DNA of 64,000 nucleotides from positions 1-64,000 of the IMG/VR virus record IMGVR_UViG_3300014205_005221; one strand, given 5' to 3'. A program made the position numbers and the translations under genes. Numbering within the stretch: position 1 is the first letter of the stretch; each line of letters begins with the position of its first letter. Source of the stretch: a virus. Lineage: Duplodnaviria > Caudoviricetes. The notes beneath the pieces were generated by a model. That model was given only the letters and a program-made list of their open reading frames with translations. It was not told where the DNA came from and did not search any database. This document shows positions 8,814 to 16,978 of this stretch, in pieces.

Positions 8814-8948
8814 TCAACGCCAATCCTTCAGGGCAGCAGCCCGGCGTCCCGCTCGGGTGGCCTGCTTGCGTACCTTCTTGGCGGGGATAGGGCGGGATGC
8901 ATTGGAGCGTCGAAGCTCCTGCACTTGAGCAACCTTGGTGTTCGTCAT
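8814..8948 (-). CDS. MTNT-tagged 44-aa basic peptide, not in the ORF track
   Basis: MTNTKVAQVQELRRSNASRPIPAKKVRKQATRAGRRAAALKDWR; TTGACT-N17-TAGGCT-N6-ATG. Confidence 0.75.
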   Translation of the reverse strand: MTNTKVAQVQELRRSNASRPIPAKKVRKQATRAGRRAAALKDWR

Positions 8949-8988
8949 GACGTAAGCCTAGCGTAGACATGTCAGCAAGTCAAGCAAG

Positions 8989-9062
8989 TGAACCTGGTGA
9001 GAGTCGAACTCACACATGACGAAGGTTTGAGCTTCGCGCCTCTGCCGTTGGGCTACAGGTCC
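8989..9062 (-). tRNA. tRNA-Leu(CAA), short variable loop
   Basis: cloverleaf; CGAAG-CTCAAAC-CTTCG; GTTCGAC T loop. Confidence 0.8.
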
Positions 9063-9066
9063 GGAG

Positions 9067-9150
9067 TGTCGAAGATGAGAGTCGAACTCATACGTCCCGA
9101 AGGGACACCAGCACCTCAAGCTGGCGCGTCTACCATTCCGCCACAACGAC
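9067..9150 (-). tRNA. tRNA-Leu(GAG), long variable arm
   Basis: CCAGC-TTGAGGT-GCTGG; acceptor stem has mismatches. Confidence 0.8.
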
Positions 9151-9151
9151 G

Positions 9152-9225
9152 TAGCTGCTGCAGGAATTGAACCTACCTGGTCCTCGTTATCAGCGAGGTG
9201 TCCACAACCAGTGGACTTAACAGCC
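9152..9225 (-). tRNA. tRNA-Ile(GAT)
   Basis: CCTCG-CTGATAA-CGAGG; GGTTCAATTCC. Confidence 0.85.
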
Positions 9226-9231
9226 ATACAG

Positions 9232-9345
9232 TGCGCTCGCTCCCCGTTAGAAGCATACCCCGGCGGTGACCCGGCGCGGAGGATTTGAACGACAGCCCCG
9301 TCACGAGAAACTGTCTACCTCTTTCTCCACAGGGGAGCGAGCGCA
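9232..9345 (-). ncRNA. structured ncRNA closed by a 14-bp terminal stem
   Basis: TGCGCTCGCTCCCC/GGGGAGCGAGCGCA; internal GTTCAAATCC; lies between tRNAs. Confidence 0.6.
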
Positions 9346-9346
9346 G

Positions 9347-9419
9347 TAGTTGCGAGTGGATTCGAACCACCACTGAACCGGGTCTGAGCCGGATCCCTCT
9401 ACCGTTGGGGTACGCAACC
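9347..9419 (-). tRNA. tRNA-Leu(CAG), short variable loop
   Basis: CCGG-CTCAGAC-CCGG; GGTTCGAATCC. Confidence 0.8.
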
Positions 9420-9431
9420 ATGTAGTTAGGA

Positions 9432-9494
9432 GGTCCAGGGGAGACGTCTTCCGTTGTTTATGACGAACACCGTCGGGCGCCTCAACCCTGGACC
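9432..9494 (-). ncRNA. hairpin sRNA with a loop complementary to the MTNT 5' tag
   Basis: GGUCCAGGG/CCCUGGACC and GAGGCG/CGUCUC stems; apical CGGUGUUCGUCAU. Confidence 0.75.
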
Positions 9495-9496
9495 AG

Positions 9497-9568
9497 TCGG
9501 AGCGACAAGAATCGAACTTGCGTGGACCTGCTCCCAAAGCAGGTGGGCGACCATTACCCCACACTCCG
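9497..9568 (-). tRNA. tRNA-Pro(TGG)
   Basis: CCTGC-TTTGGGA-GCAGG; C1-G72, A73. Confidence 0.85.
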
Positions 9569-9738
9569 AAATTCAATTATGGTGGATCGGCAGTTTCAGT
9601 GGCCTGCTTTCACCGACCCGTATGGTAACAGGTTCAGCCCAGCTGCGGGATCATGGGTCACCCGGGCGGAATTGAACCGCCAACCTATTGACTTATCTCT
9701 GTCTCACACAGCGGCTCTAGAAACCAACGTGTGCCACG

Positions 9739-9813
9739 TCTGGATGAGAGGATTTGAACCTCTGGCTTCTCCCGTCCGAGGGGAGCACTCTAACCGTGCT
9801 GAGCTACATCCAG
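9739..9813 (-). tRNA. tRNA-Pro(CGG)
   Basis: CTCCC-CTCGGAC-GGGAG; canonical D and T arms. Confidence 0.9.
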
Positions 9814-9824
9814 GTACTTGCTTC

Positions 9825-9860
9825 GCTTATGTTATACCCAACCGCGAAGCAAGTGCAACA
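9825..9860 (-). promoter_or_regulatory. promoter of tRNA/sRNA cluster 1
   Basis: TTGCAC...GGG-TATAAC just upstream of tRNA-Pro(CGG). Confidence 0.55.
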
Positions 9861-9865
9861 CCTTT

Positions 9866-10135
9866 TCAGCGGTTCGCTGAAACATGCTCACCGTTCCACA
9901 CGTGCACACAGCTCAGCGCGAAAGGCATGGCGGGGTACATATTCAGGTAATCAAGCAGCGACTGACCAAAGAACACCTTGTGCGTCACCCCGTCCAGGGT
10001 CGACGCGAGCCAGGTCTCCAGCGCCGCAGCCTGCTGCAGCAGAGCAGGCTCGCGCCGAATCACCTTCAGCGCTTCCCACACCTTCTCCAGCGCCTTGGCC
10101 TCAGATTCCTTCAACTCCCGCACCTGCATATGCAT
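9866..10135 (-). CDS. hypothetical protein
   Basis: GGAGG RBS; follows 10137-10415. Confidence 0.65.
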   Translation of the reverse strand: MHMQVRELKESEAKALEKVWEALKVIRREPALLQQAAALETWLASTLDGVTHKVFFGQSLLDYLNMYPAMPFALSCVHVWNGEHVSANR

Positions 10136-10136
10136 G

Positions 10137-10415
10137 TCAGTCCTCCCAGCCGATGAAAACGTTGATTGCCCGCTCGACTGTCATACCCGCGTCCTCGTCA
10201 GCGTGCTCCAGGATCTCGGTGACCCGGGAGGTCAGCTCGATCGCAGCTACCTCGTCCCAAGGCTCCACCTTCATGAAGACGAGCAGCTGCTCATCGAAAC
10301 GATCCGCAAGGTTACGAGCCCCCTTGTAGCAAGCGTTGAACGCAGCCTTCTGGGCGTCCCAGAGCGCCTGCAGGAGAGCGAGATCGGCCTCGGTCTGAGC
10401 TTCGGTGTTCGTCAT
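10137..10415 (-). CDS. MTNT-tagged hypothetical protein
   Basis: TTGACA-N17-TAGCTT-N6-ATG; similar to 10724-10960. Confidence 0.8.
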   Translation of the reverse strand: MTNTEAQTEADLALLQALWDAQKAAFNACYKGARNLADRFDEQLLVFMKVEPWDEVAAIELTSRVTEILEHADEDAGMTVERAINVFIGWED

Positions 10416-10446
10416 GCCTTAAAGCTACACCAGCAAGGCGAGCTTG

Positions 10447-10692
10447 TCAAGCAAAAAGCGCGATGTCCGCATCCATCACAGACCTACCCGGATGGTCCAC
10501 GAGCCAGACAGCGACCCGTTTCGCAGCCCCAAAACCTCCGTACGCGACCTGGAGCGCGGCGAAGAACACCGACTCCAGCGCAATCTCATCCGTGGCAGAG
10601 ACCAGACCCAACCGGGCCAGCTCGGCGTTGGAGTTATACATGTCATCCAACGCCGAGACCACTTCATACCTCACACGTTCGGTGTTCGTCAT
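10447..10692 (-). CDS. MTNT-tagged hypothetical protein
   Basis: TTGACT-N17-TAGTCT-N6-ATG. Confidence 0.8.
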   Translation of the reverse strand: MTNTERVRYEVVSALDDMYNSNAELARLGLVSATDEIALESVFFAALQVAYGGFGAAKRVAVWLVDHPGRSVMDADIALFA

Positions 10693-10723
10693 GAGGTAAG
10701 ACTAGCACAGCTAGGCCAGCAAG

Positions 10724-10960
10724 TCAAGCAGACTCAAATTTCCAGATGGTCAAGCGCACCGAAGTACCCGGGGACGCGATGAGCATCTTCATGATCCGCA
10801 CAGCGTTGTGATCGGAATACAACTGAGCGCCCAACAGCTCCAGGAACTTCTGGTCCAAGCCTTCCGCGATCACAGGGAAGACAGATTCCAGCTCGCGAGC
10901 GCAGTCCCATAACGACTGCAAAGCGTTGAGGACGCGAAGATCGATCTCGGTGTTCGTCAT
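10724..10960 (-). CDS. MTNT-tagged hypothetical protein
   Basis: promoter nearly identical to that of 10137-10415. Confidence 0.75.
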   Translation of the reverse strand: MTNTEIDLRVLNALQSLWDCARELESVFPVIAEGLDQKFLELLGAQLYSDHNAVRIMKMLIASPGTSVRLTIWKFESA

Positions 10961-11000
10961 GCCTTAAAGCTACACCAGCAAGGACAACTTGTCAAGCATT

Positions 11001-11210
11001 TCAGTCAGAATGTCGAGACGTTCCCCGGATGATCGAACCCAGGATGAACACCGCCACGATCCCGAGGATCACCGGCACCCACATCGAACCCGGCCAATCG
11101 ATGAACATGTAAAGGACCACGCCGAGCACAGCACCGAGCACGACCTTCAACGCGAACTCCCGGAGATCCTTCTCGAACCCGGTGCGCCGTCGCTCCATAT
11201 CCTCGGACAT
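11001..11210 (-). CDS. small two-TM membrane protein
   Basis: two hydrophobic segments; start re-called at MSEDM. Confidence 0.65.
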   Translation of the reverse strand: MSEDMERRRTGFEKDLREFALKVVLGAVLGVVLYMFIDWPGSMWVPVILGIVAVFILGSIIRGTSRHSD

Positions 11211-11810
11211 GTCACAGCATCGTACAGCCCGTCTTGACCTGTGGGAAGACGGAGGTGTCAAAAGATCGAATCCGCAGCAGCTGCGGAGAGTCATCATGCG
11301 TAGGGAGACACCATCCGCACGCGGCCACGTTTTCCCAGGACGCTCTCCGCAGGTGCGGATTCGAGACCGTGAGGTCAGCAAGGCAAACATGCTGCAAGCG
11401 AGCCGGGGGCAGCGCCAGGAGGGTCCGCGTAGGGGCCGCTCTCAACCCTCAAATCCAAAAGCCCAGGCCAGGGGCAGTGCGACAAGTCAGCAAAAGTTTG
11501 CTCGTCATGCGTGAGAAGGGCGGCTCGTCAGGCGATGGTGCGACCTAACCACAGCACACCTAACAGAAAGACTACGATGCTCGGCCACAGATACAAAGCG
11601 AACGGAGAGAAAAACAGCAGCCTACCGGCCGCGTACACCACGAAAATCACGACGAACTCCCAGGTCACAAGCGGTTTGTGAGGCGAGAACGTCAGAGTAC
11701 AGCACGTGTGACAAACAAACAAGTGCTGCAAGGCGGCTGCGGTTCCTTCTTGCCCTGCTCGTCTAGGGCCATCGAGACCCGGAGCCAGACGAGTGACAGC
11801 CGCGTGAGAG

Positions 11811-12440
11811 CTACTTGCCCACCTTGGCAGCGGGCTTGGACGCAGGAGGTGCGTACGGACGAGAGGGCGGAGGCGGCGGGATAGCGGGCTTGGACGGCGC
11901 TGTGTTGACCGTAGAAGCCTTGGGAGCAGAAGTGCGGCCCCCAGTGGCTGATGTGGAAACAGGAGGCTTAGAAACGGAATCAGAGGCCCTGGTGGAGGAC
12001 TGGGAAGAAGAGACACCAAGACCGCCACGCTGGATGGTGGACAACGGGGCAGTGCGAGCACCGGGACGGTAGAGGGACTCACCCGGCTTGAGCTGGGGAT
12101 TCTCCGCGAAACGACCGCGATCGAGATGGGTGGTGCGGATATTCGCAGGGCGAGTACGGGAGTAGGTGGAGGGCACCGGATAGCCCACGTACACCACATC
12201 CACGAACTCAACATCATAGCGATAGGGAGAGTATCCCCAGGTGAAGCGCGAATTTATAGGAGCATCACCGATGGGACAGTACTCATCAGGAACGCGAATG
12301 TTGGAAGAAGGATCTACGCAGATGGTGCTGGCGTAAAAATCATCGTCATAGGGAGAGGAAGTGCCGCAGGATGCGGTGATGAGCGCCGTAGTGGCTAAGA
12401 GAGGGGCGATATAAGGCTTGATGGAGCGCATTGGTGTCAT
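11811..12440 (-). CDS. putative lipoprotein with a Pro/Ser-rich tail
   Basis: signal peptide with a lipobox-like TASC; GAAAGG RBS. Confidence 0.7.
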   Translation of the reverse strand: MTPMRSIKPYIAPLLATTALITASCGTSSPYDDDFYASTICVDPSSNIRVPDEYCPIGDAPINSRFTWGYSPYRYDVEFVDVVYVGYPVPSTYSRTRPANIRTTHLDRGRFAENPQLKPGESLYRPGARTAPLSTIQRGGLGVSSSQSSTRASDSVSKPPVSTSATGGRTSAPKASTVNTAPSKPAIPPPPPSRPYAPPASKPAAKVGK

Positions 12441-12678
12441 CCTTTCTGTGTAGGAGAAATGAGTAGTGGAGGGTGATGAGGTTTGCGGGAGTTAAGCGTT
12501 TCCCCAGGTGGGAGATGAGAATGAGGGGGTTAGGGATGTCGTTGAGAGCTGTGGTGAGCAGCTATCTGAACCACACGGAGCCGCAGCTACACCGGATGAT
12601 CAGGCCCTGATCCGTGGAATAAAGAGGGGGAGTGGGTGGTCTGGATGTGGCGGAGGGCGAGCTTGTGGAACAGCCAGA

Positions 12679-13017
12679 TCATTCGGGGATGTCCTTCCCA
12701 GGAGGAAACAACAGATCAGACAGCACGATGTGCAGAGAAGCCCACTCCCGGGACCTCCACATCGTCTGCACTCCCTCAGCATGAGCAGTCCACCAGCTGC
12801 GAAGAGGCTCCAGATCCGGCTGATTAGTCAGCGCCTCACGACGCGAGTAGTCGAGGAGCTGGACGAGAGCGGTGACCGGCAGGGTGACATCAGGAATGTC
12901 AGGAGAGGGCGTGAGACTCACCTGCGACATCTTCAAAGCATCGAGAACCCGCTCCGCAGCCTCACCGACAAGCCGGGAACGGGAGACAGCGACCTTCAGA
13001 TCGTCAAAAGCAGTCAC
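12679..13017 (-). CDS. hypothetical protein
   Basis: overlaps upstream stop; IPDVTLPV segment similar to its neighbour. Confidence 0.65.
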   Translation of the reverse strand: MTAFDDLKVAVSRSRLVGEAAERVLDALKMSQVSLTPSPDIPDVTLPVTALVQLLDYSRREALTNQPDLEPLRSWWTAHAEGVQTMWRSREWASLHIVLSDLLFPPGKDIPE

Positions 13018-13370
13018 AGCAGATTCACCAGACTCTCGATGAGCTTGAACAGCTCCGGATGGGTGGCAGAGAGATGCTCACCGTTCGTCGAGCGACCGAT
13101 CTTCAAGCTGTCCGACTGAGCGTTGGCCCAGTCGTGGAGCGCCGTGATCCGACCGACGAACTCATTCTCGACGGCATGCTGCTGCGCATTCAGAACGAGC
13201 GCGGCCAGCTCACCGAGGGTAAGCGTGATCTCCGGGCTCGAATCCGAAAGCGTGTTCTTGCACGGACCGTCCGCCAGCTTCGCGAGCTTCTCCGAAACCG
13301 CCACGACGCTGCGAGCATCGGAAGCCAGATCAGAGAGCCGCTTCGATACCGGCTCCACGATTTCCATCAT
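13014..13370 (-). CDS. hypothetical protein
   Basis: GGG-TAGGAC-N6-ATG; SPEITLTL segment. Confidence 0.7.
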   Translation of the reverse strand: MMEIVEPVSKRLSDLASDARSVVAVSEKLAKLADGPCKNTLSDSSPEITLTLGELAALVLNAQQHAVENEFVGRITALHDWANAQSDSLKIGRSTNGEHLSATHPELFKLIESLVNLL

Positions 13371-13512
13371 GTCTGAGTCCTACCCTCAGGCTCGTCGGGA
13401 TCGGAAGGCTGATCTCCGGAATCGAGCCGCGCTCGTTGTTGATCTGAGTGACCTCCGAGAGCGCCTCGGAGTGGTACGCGATATCGGTCAGCTAGGAATC
13501 GAGGCTGGTCAT
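13330..13512 (-). pseudogene. degenerate paralog with an in-frame TAG at codon 7
   Basis: GGG-TAGGAG-N6-ATG, then MTSLDS*LTDIA...IPEISLPI. Confidence 0.45.
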
Positions 13513-13514
13513 GT

Positions 13515-13919
13515 CTAGCTCCTACCCAAGAGGTCGATAGACGCGGTGAACGCGACGTACTCGTCCGAACCCGTCTCCACCTTGGAACGAAGATCCCGGA
13601 ACAGCTCGATCGCAGCCAGCCGCTCCTGCTCAGCCGTCTTCTCCCGCTCGACACCACGACGGATGCGAGCCCGGAACACCCGGAGAAAGAGCAGCGGGCA
13701 AGCAATCAACAAGGTCACCGGCCAGACCCACGCCGCGATCAAGGCGCCGCCCACGAACAGGACCAGCTCCTCGCCGCCATCGTTCGCGCCGTAGTACCAG
13801 CGGTACTTCAAGCCCTCACGCTTGAGCGCCATGTCCCAGACCGCAGCGAGCGCGGCCAGCACCGTGAACAGCAAGGCGCCGCCGAGGTAAGTCCATCCGA
13901 AAACGTCTCCGGTACTCAC
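13515..13919 (-). CDS. membrane protein
   Basis: hydrophobic segments; GTG overlaps the upstream TGA. Confidence 0.65.
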   Translation of the reverse strand: MSTGDVFGWTYLGGALLFTVLAALAAVWDMALKREGLKYRWYYGANDGGEELVLFVGGALIAAWVWPVTLLIACPLLFLRVFRARIRRGVEREKTAEQERLAAIELFRDLRSKVETGSDEYVAFTASIDLLGRS

Positions 13920-14185
13920 GCCTCGCTCCGATTCTCGAAGGCCCGACGCAGATACACCGAGGGATCTGCGTTGGCAAACTCCACCTTCCCCATGATGCGG
14001 CCGACCGTGGTCACCTCCAGCTCCAGGTCGGCTACCAAGACCGCCAACGTACGCATGAGCGCGCCCTTGACCTCCAGCATCGCATCGAGGAACCGAGGGT
14101 CCTCCGACGCTGCCCACTGCCGAAAGATCCCGGCGAGCAGGTCCAGCGCTTCGAGGTCAGCATCAGAAGGAAAGGTGCTCGTCAT
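13916..14185 (-). CDS. hypothetical protein, tag variant MTST
   Basis: ATGACGAGCACC; CGG-TAGGAC-N6-ATG. Confidence 0.7.
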   Translation of the reverse strand: MTSTFPSDADLEALDLLAGIFRQWAASEDPRFLDAMLEVKGALMRTLAVLVADLELEVTTVGRIMGKVEFANADPSVYLRRAFENRSEA

Positions 14186-14194
14186 AAGACTGTC

Positions 14195-14986
14195 CTACCG
14201 TCGAACAGACAGTTCTTCGTAGCGAACACCGCTGCCGTCGGAAACAGCCAGATGCCCCGGCAGCACCTCAGCATACGAACCCGGGTTGATGCACATGTGC
14301 GAGCCGCTGGCACGCTTCACCCAGCCCGGCGAGAGCAGACGCACCGCGATCTTGCGCGGGTTCTTCGGAGGGCTGGAGACCAGGCGAACCCAGCACTTCC
14401 ACTGGGTGTGCCACCGGGCGCTGCCCACAGGATTCCGCTCTTCGGTAGCCGACAGCACCGAGTCAGGGTTCTCCGGAACGGCCGAGCGGCGAGACAACGA
14501 ACGCATGGTCACGCTCACCGACGTGTTGGCGCCCCACTTGTGGCGCGCACCCTTCTTGGACACAAACACCGTGTCCTCCACGAACCGGCAAAACGCCACA
14601 CCGTGAGAGACCGAGTCGACCAACAGCCAGCACTGCCACGCGGTGTGCCACCACTTCTCCCCAGGAGCAGGCTGGAAGTCCGAGGTGACGCCGTCGATCA
14701 GACGTCCTAACTCGGTGCGTGCAGCGGTGTTCCGAGGGACCTGCAGAGGGCTGAGCAGCTTATCGAAAGACACCGTCAGACGGACCTCAGAGCCCTTGGC
14801 AGGCGGCAAAGACGTCGTCGACAAAAAATCGTCCCACGGAACCGAATCATCGACAGCGACGTCACCCGCCGAAACGGTGACGTCTACAGCAGAGTTTGCC
14901 AGCATCTCATTGCCCAGCGCGACCAAGAACTGCGCGAGCCGAACCCGGTCAGCCTGCGACGGACGAGGAAACTTCTCAGTGTGCAC
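14195..14986 (-). CDS. hypothetical protein with an internal WHTxWxCW repeat
   Basis: WWHTAWQCW and RWHTQWKCW; N-terminus resembles 14976-15242. Confidence 0.7.
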   Translation of the reverse strand: MHTEKFPRPSQADRVRLAQFLVALGNEMLANSAVDVTVSAGDVAVDDSVPWDDFLSTTSLPPAKGSEVRLTVSFDKLLSPLQVPRNTAARTELGRLIDGVTSDFQPAPGEKWWHTAWQCWLLVDSVSHGVAFCRFVEDTVFVSKKGARHKWGANTSVSVTMRSLSRRSAVPENPDSVLSATEERNPVGSARWHTQWKCWVRLVSSPPKNPRKIAVRLLSPGWVKRASGSHMCINPGSYAEVLPGHLAVSDGSGVRYEELSVRR

Positions 14987-15242
14987 GAGGATCGTCCTCC
15001 TTCTTAGGTTCGGGGAACTCGGGCAGCTTCTTCATGTGGAAATGCACGCCGATCTCATAGCTCGACGCCTCAGACAGGCTCACCACATGGTGGCGCGTCT
15101 CGACGAACGCCGTCACCGTCCGGACATCGCCCGCCAGCACGGCATTTCCGAGCCCGACCAGGAACCTGGCTACCTTCTCCCGATCCTCAGGATTAGCAGC
15201 AGGAGAGAACCACATGGACTGGCCATCAGGAGGGCGGGGCAT
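14976..15242 (-). CDS. hypothetical protein
   Basis: CGG-TAGAAC-N6-ATG. Confidence 0.65.
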   Translation of the reverse strand: MPRPPDGQSMWFSPAANPEDREKVARFLVGLGNAVLAGDVRTVTAFVETRHHVVSLSEASSYEIGVHFHMKKLPEFPEPKKEDDPRAH

Positions 15243-15325
15243 GCTCGTGTTCTACCGACAGGCTCACCACATGTGCGGTCGGCAGCAGCCCAGACAAAAG
15301 CTGCCGTTAGACGACGGCGAGCCAT

Positions 15326-16234
15326 TCACCAGATCCACGGCGAGCCATTCACCAGATCCGACGCCACGGCGAACGAACGACGCTTCTTCGACTTCGCGTA
15401 GCAGTCGAAGCACTTGTGCCCCAAACCAAAACTCTGCGAAACAGAGCAGAACTCCACCTTAGCGCACTTGAGACAGAACGTCGCAACCGTGCGTGACTTT
15501 GCGGTAAGCAGACCCATGTTGCCCTGGCACGGCTTGCACACCAGGAACTGCCGACCACCGGCCACCGTGCGCGCCGCGTCCACACCGAGAACAGTGGTGT
15601 CGTTGCACCACACGCACGGCGCCGCCTGCAGCCCGGTAGAGCGAGCAGCCAGACGCGGAAGCGACTTCTGATGCACGGAGAACAACGCCAGGAAAGCCAT
15701 TGCGATGCCCGCATACGACGACCCGGCGGAGTAATTACCCATCGCGAAGAACATCAAAGCCAGCCCGACCAGCGTGCCGAAACAGATCACCAGCACGACC
15801 GAGTACACCCGGCCCAACATCCCGACCTTGGTCTTCTCCGGAACAGGGACCGCCTTGGGAAGGTCGTCCACAAGATTCCACAGGTGCGGAGACATCCCGA
15901 GCGGATCCCACGACGGAGGCTTGAGCGGCTCCGGCTCGTCCACCTTGACGTCGACCTCATCCGCGAGATCGGCATACGGAGTCGACACGCTCGACTCGAC
16001 CTGCTCCGACCACGAATCAATCGTCGCCATTAAATCCGCAAACGACGGTCCCCTGTGACGGGTCCGACCATTCACCGCGTGCGACGAGATGACATCGACG
16101 TTGCCGTCGATGGTGGTGCGGACCTCGACGTTCATCGCGTCGATGGTCGCCTTCACCTCAGCCGCCTGCGCATTCAAAGCCCGCAAAGAGGCTTCCAGCC
16201 GCTCGGTCTCATCCGACCAGGAGGTGCTCGTCAT
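15326..16234 (-). CDS. membrane protein with a C-terminal Cys-rich region, tag variant MTST
   Basis: two TM segments and four CxxC motifs; GGG-TAGGAC-N6-ATG. Confidence 0.7.
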   Translation of the reverse strand: MTSTSWSDETERLEASLRALNAQAAEVKATIDAMNVEVRTTIDGNVDVISSHAVNGRTRHRGPSFADLMATIDSWSEQVESSVSTPYADLADEVDVKVDEPEPLKPPSWDPLGMSPHLWNLVDDLPKAVPVPEKTKVGMLGRVYSVVLVICFGTLVGLALMFFAMGNYSAGSSYAGIAMAFLALFSVHQKSLPRLAARSTGLQAAPCVWCNDTTVLGVDAARTVAGGRQFLVCKPCQGNMGLLTAKSRTVATFCLKCAKVEFCSVSQSFGLGHKCFDCYAKSKKRRSFAVASDLVNGSPWIW

Positions 16235-16243
16235 AAAACTGTC

Positions 16244-16525
16244 CTACCCCACAGCACGAGGAAAAGCACGCAACACCCGCAGCTCAGCAGGAGACAGCAC
16301 CACCGCCTGCGGGCGCAGCGAATCCTCGTTCCACAGCACCTCGACACGGTCGGTGTCCACCAGCTTCACGACACGTCCAGTCAAGAGCTGGAAGTTGATC
16401 GAGCAGACCTCGGAGCCGGTGAACACCGGACGGTTGGCCGAATCCCGCACAAGCGAACCCGGCTGCTCGGTAGCCATTCCCCACTCCAGCATCTGACGAG
16501 CGCCAGGAAGGATTCGAGCAGCCAT
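16244..16525 (-). CDS. hypothetical protein
   Basis: GGAGG RBS. Confidence 0.6.
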   Translation of the reverse strand: MAARILPGARQMLEWGMATEQPGSLVRDSANRPVFTGSEVCSINFQLLTGRVVKLVDTDRVEVLWNEDSLRPQAVVLSPAELRVLRAFPRAVG

Positions 16526-16563
16526 GACGTGCCTCCAAGGGCATCGGGGGGAGGGTCAGTCTT

Positions 16564-16974
16564 CTACCGGACCAGAGCCGGGTCACTCAAGGCGCGAGCC
16601 TGATCGAGAGCCGTCTTCAGCCGGTTCTTCATCTCCGACAGAAACTCTCGACGCTCCTGGGAGTGCCCCGCCGACATGTACTCGATGGTCAGATCGTCAA
16701 TGAGCTTCTCGAACGGCTCCACGACGGAGGGCGGGGGAGCCCAGTGCATCGCACCCGCGCCACCAGACCAATACGCCTCCTCGAAGCCGTCGCGGTCGTA
16801 GTCGATCAGCCACCGCTTGAGTCGAGCCTCTGTCCATCCGAGATATTCCGACAGCGTGAGCGTCTTGGATTGAGAATTCTCCCAACGAGTGATCTGACGA
16901 CTGACCTCGTCCACGTCGTCGGGGTCGACCGGGTTGGCGCGATTCGACTCCACGACCTGAGCGTGCCGATCCAT
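16564..16974 (-). CDS. hypothetical protein
   Basis: AAGGA RBS, in operon. Confidence 0.65.
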   Translation of the reverse strand: MDRHAQVVESNRANPVDPDDVDEVSRQITRWENSQSKTLTLSEYLGWTEARLKRWLIDYDRDGFEEAYWSGGAGAMHWAPPPSVVEPFEKLIDDLTIEYMSAGHSQERREFLSEMKNRLKTALDQARALSDPALVR

Positions 16975-16978
16975 TTCC

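Noticed and set aside
9016-9023. 8-nt tag complement inside tRNA-Leu(CAA)
   Set aside because: Short and partly buried in the anticodon stem; likely chance
11449-11508. ATGACGAGCAAA as another tagged gene
   Set aside because: Only about 19 codons, no matching promoter, mismatches at positions 11-12
15314-15359. 23-bp tandem duplication (also 15 bp near 37982 and 9 bp x3 near 19546)
   Set aside because: Isolated slippage duplications with no shared motif or array structure
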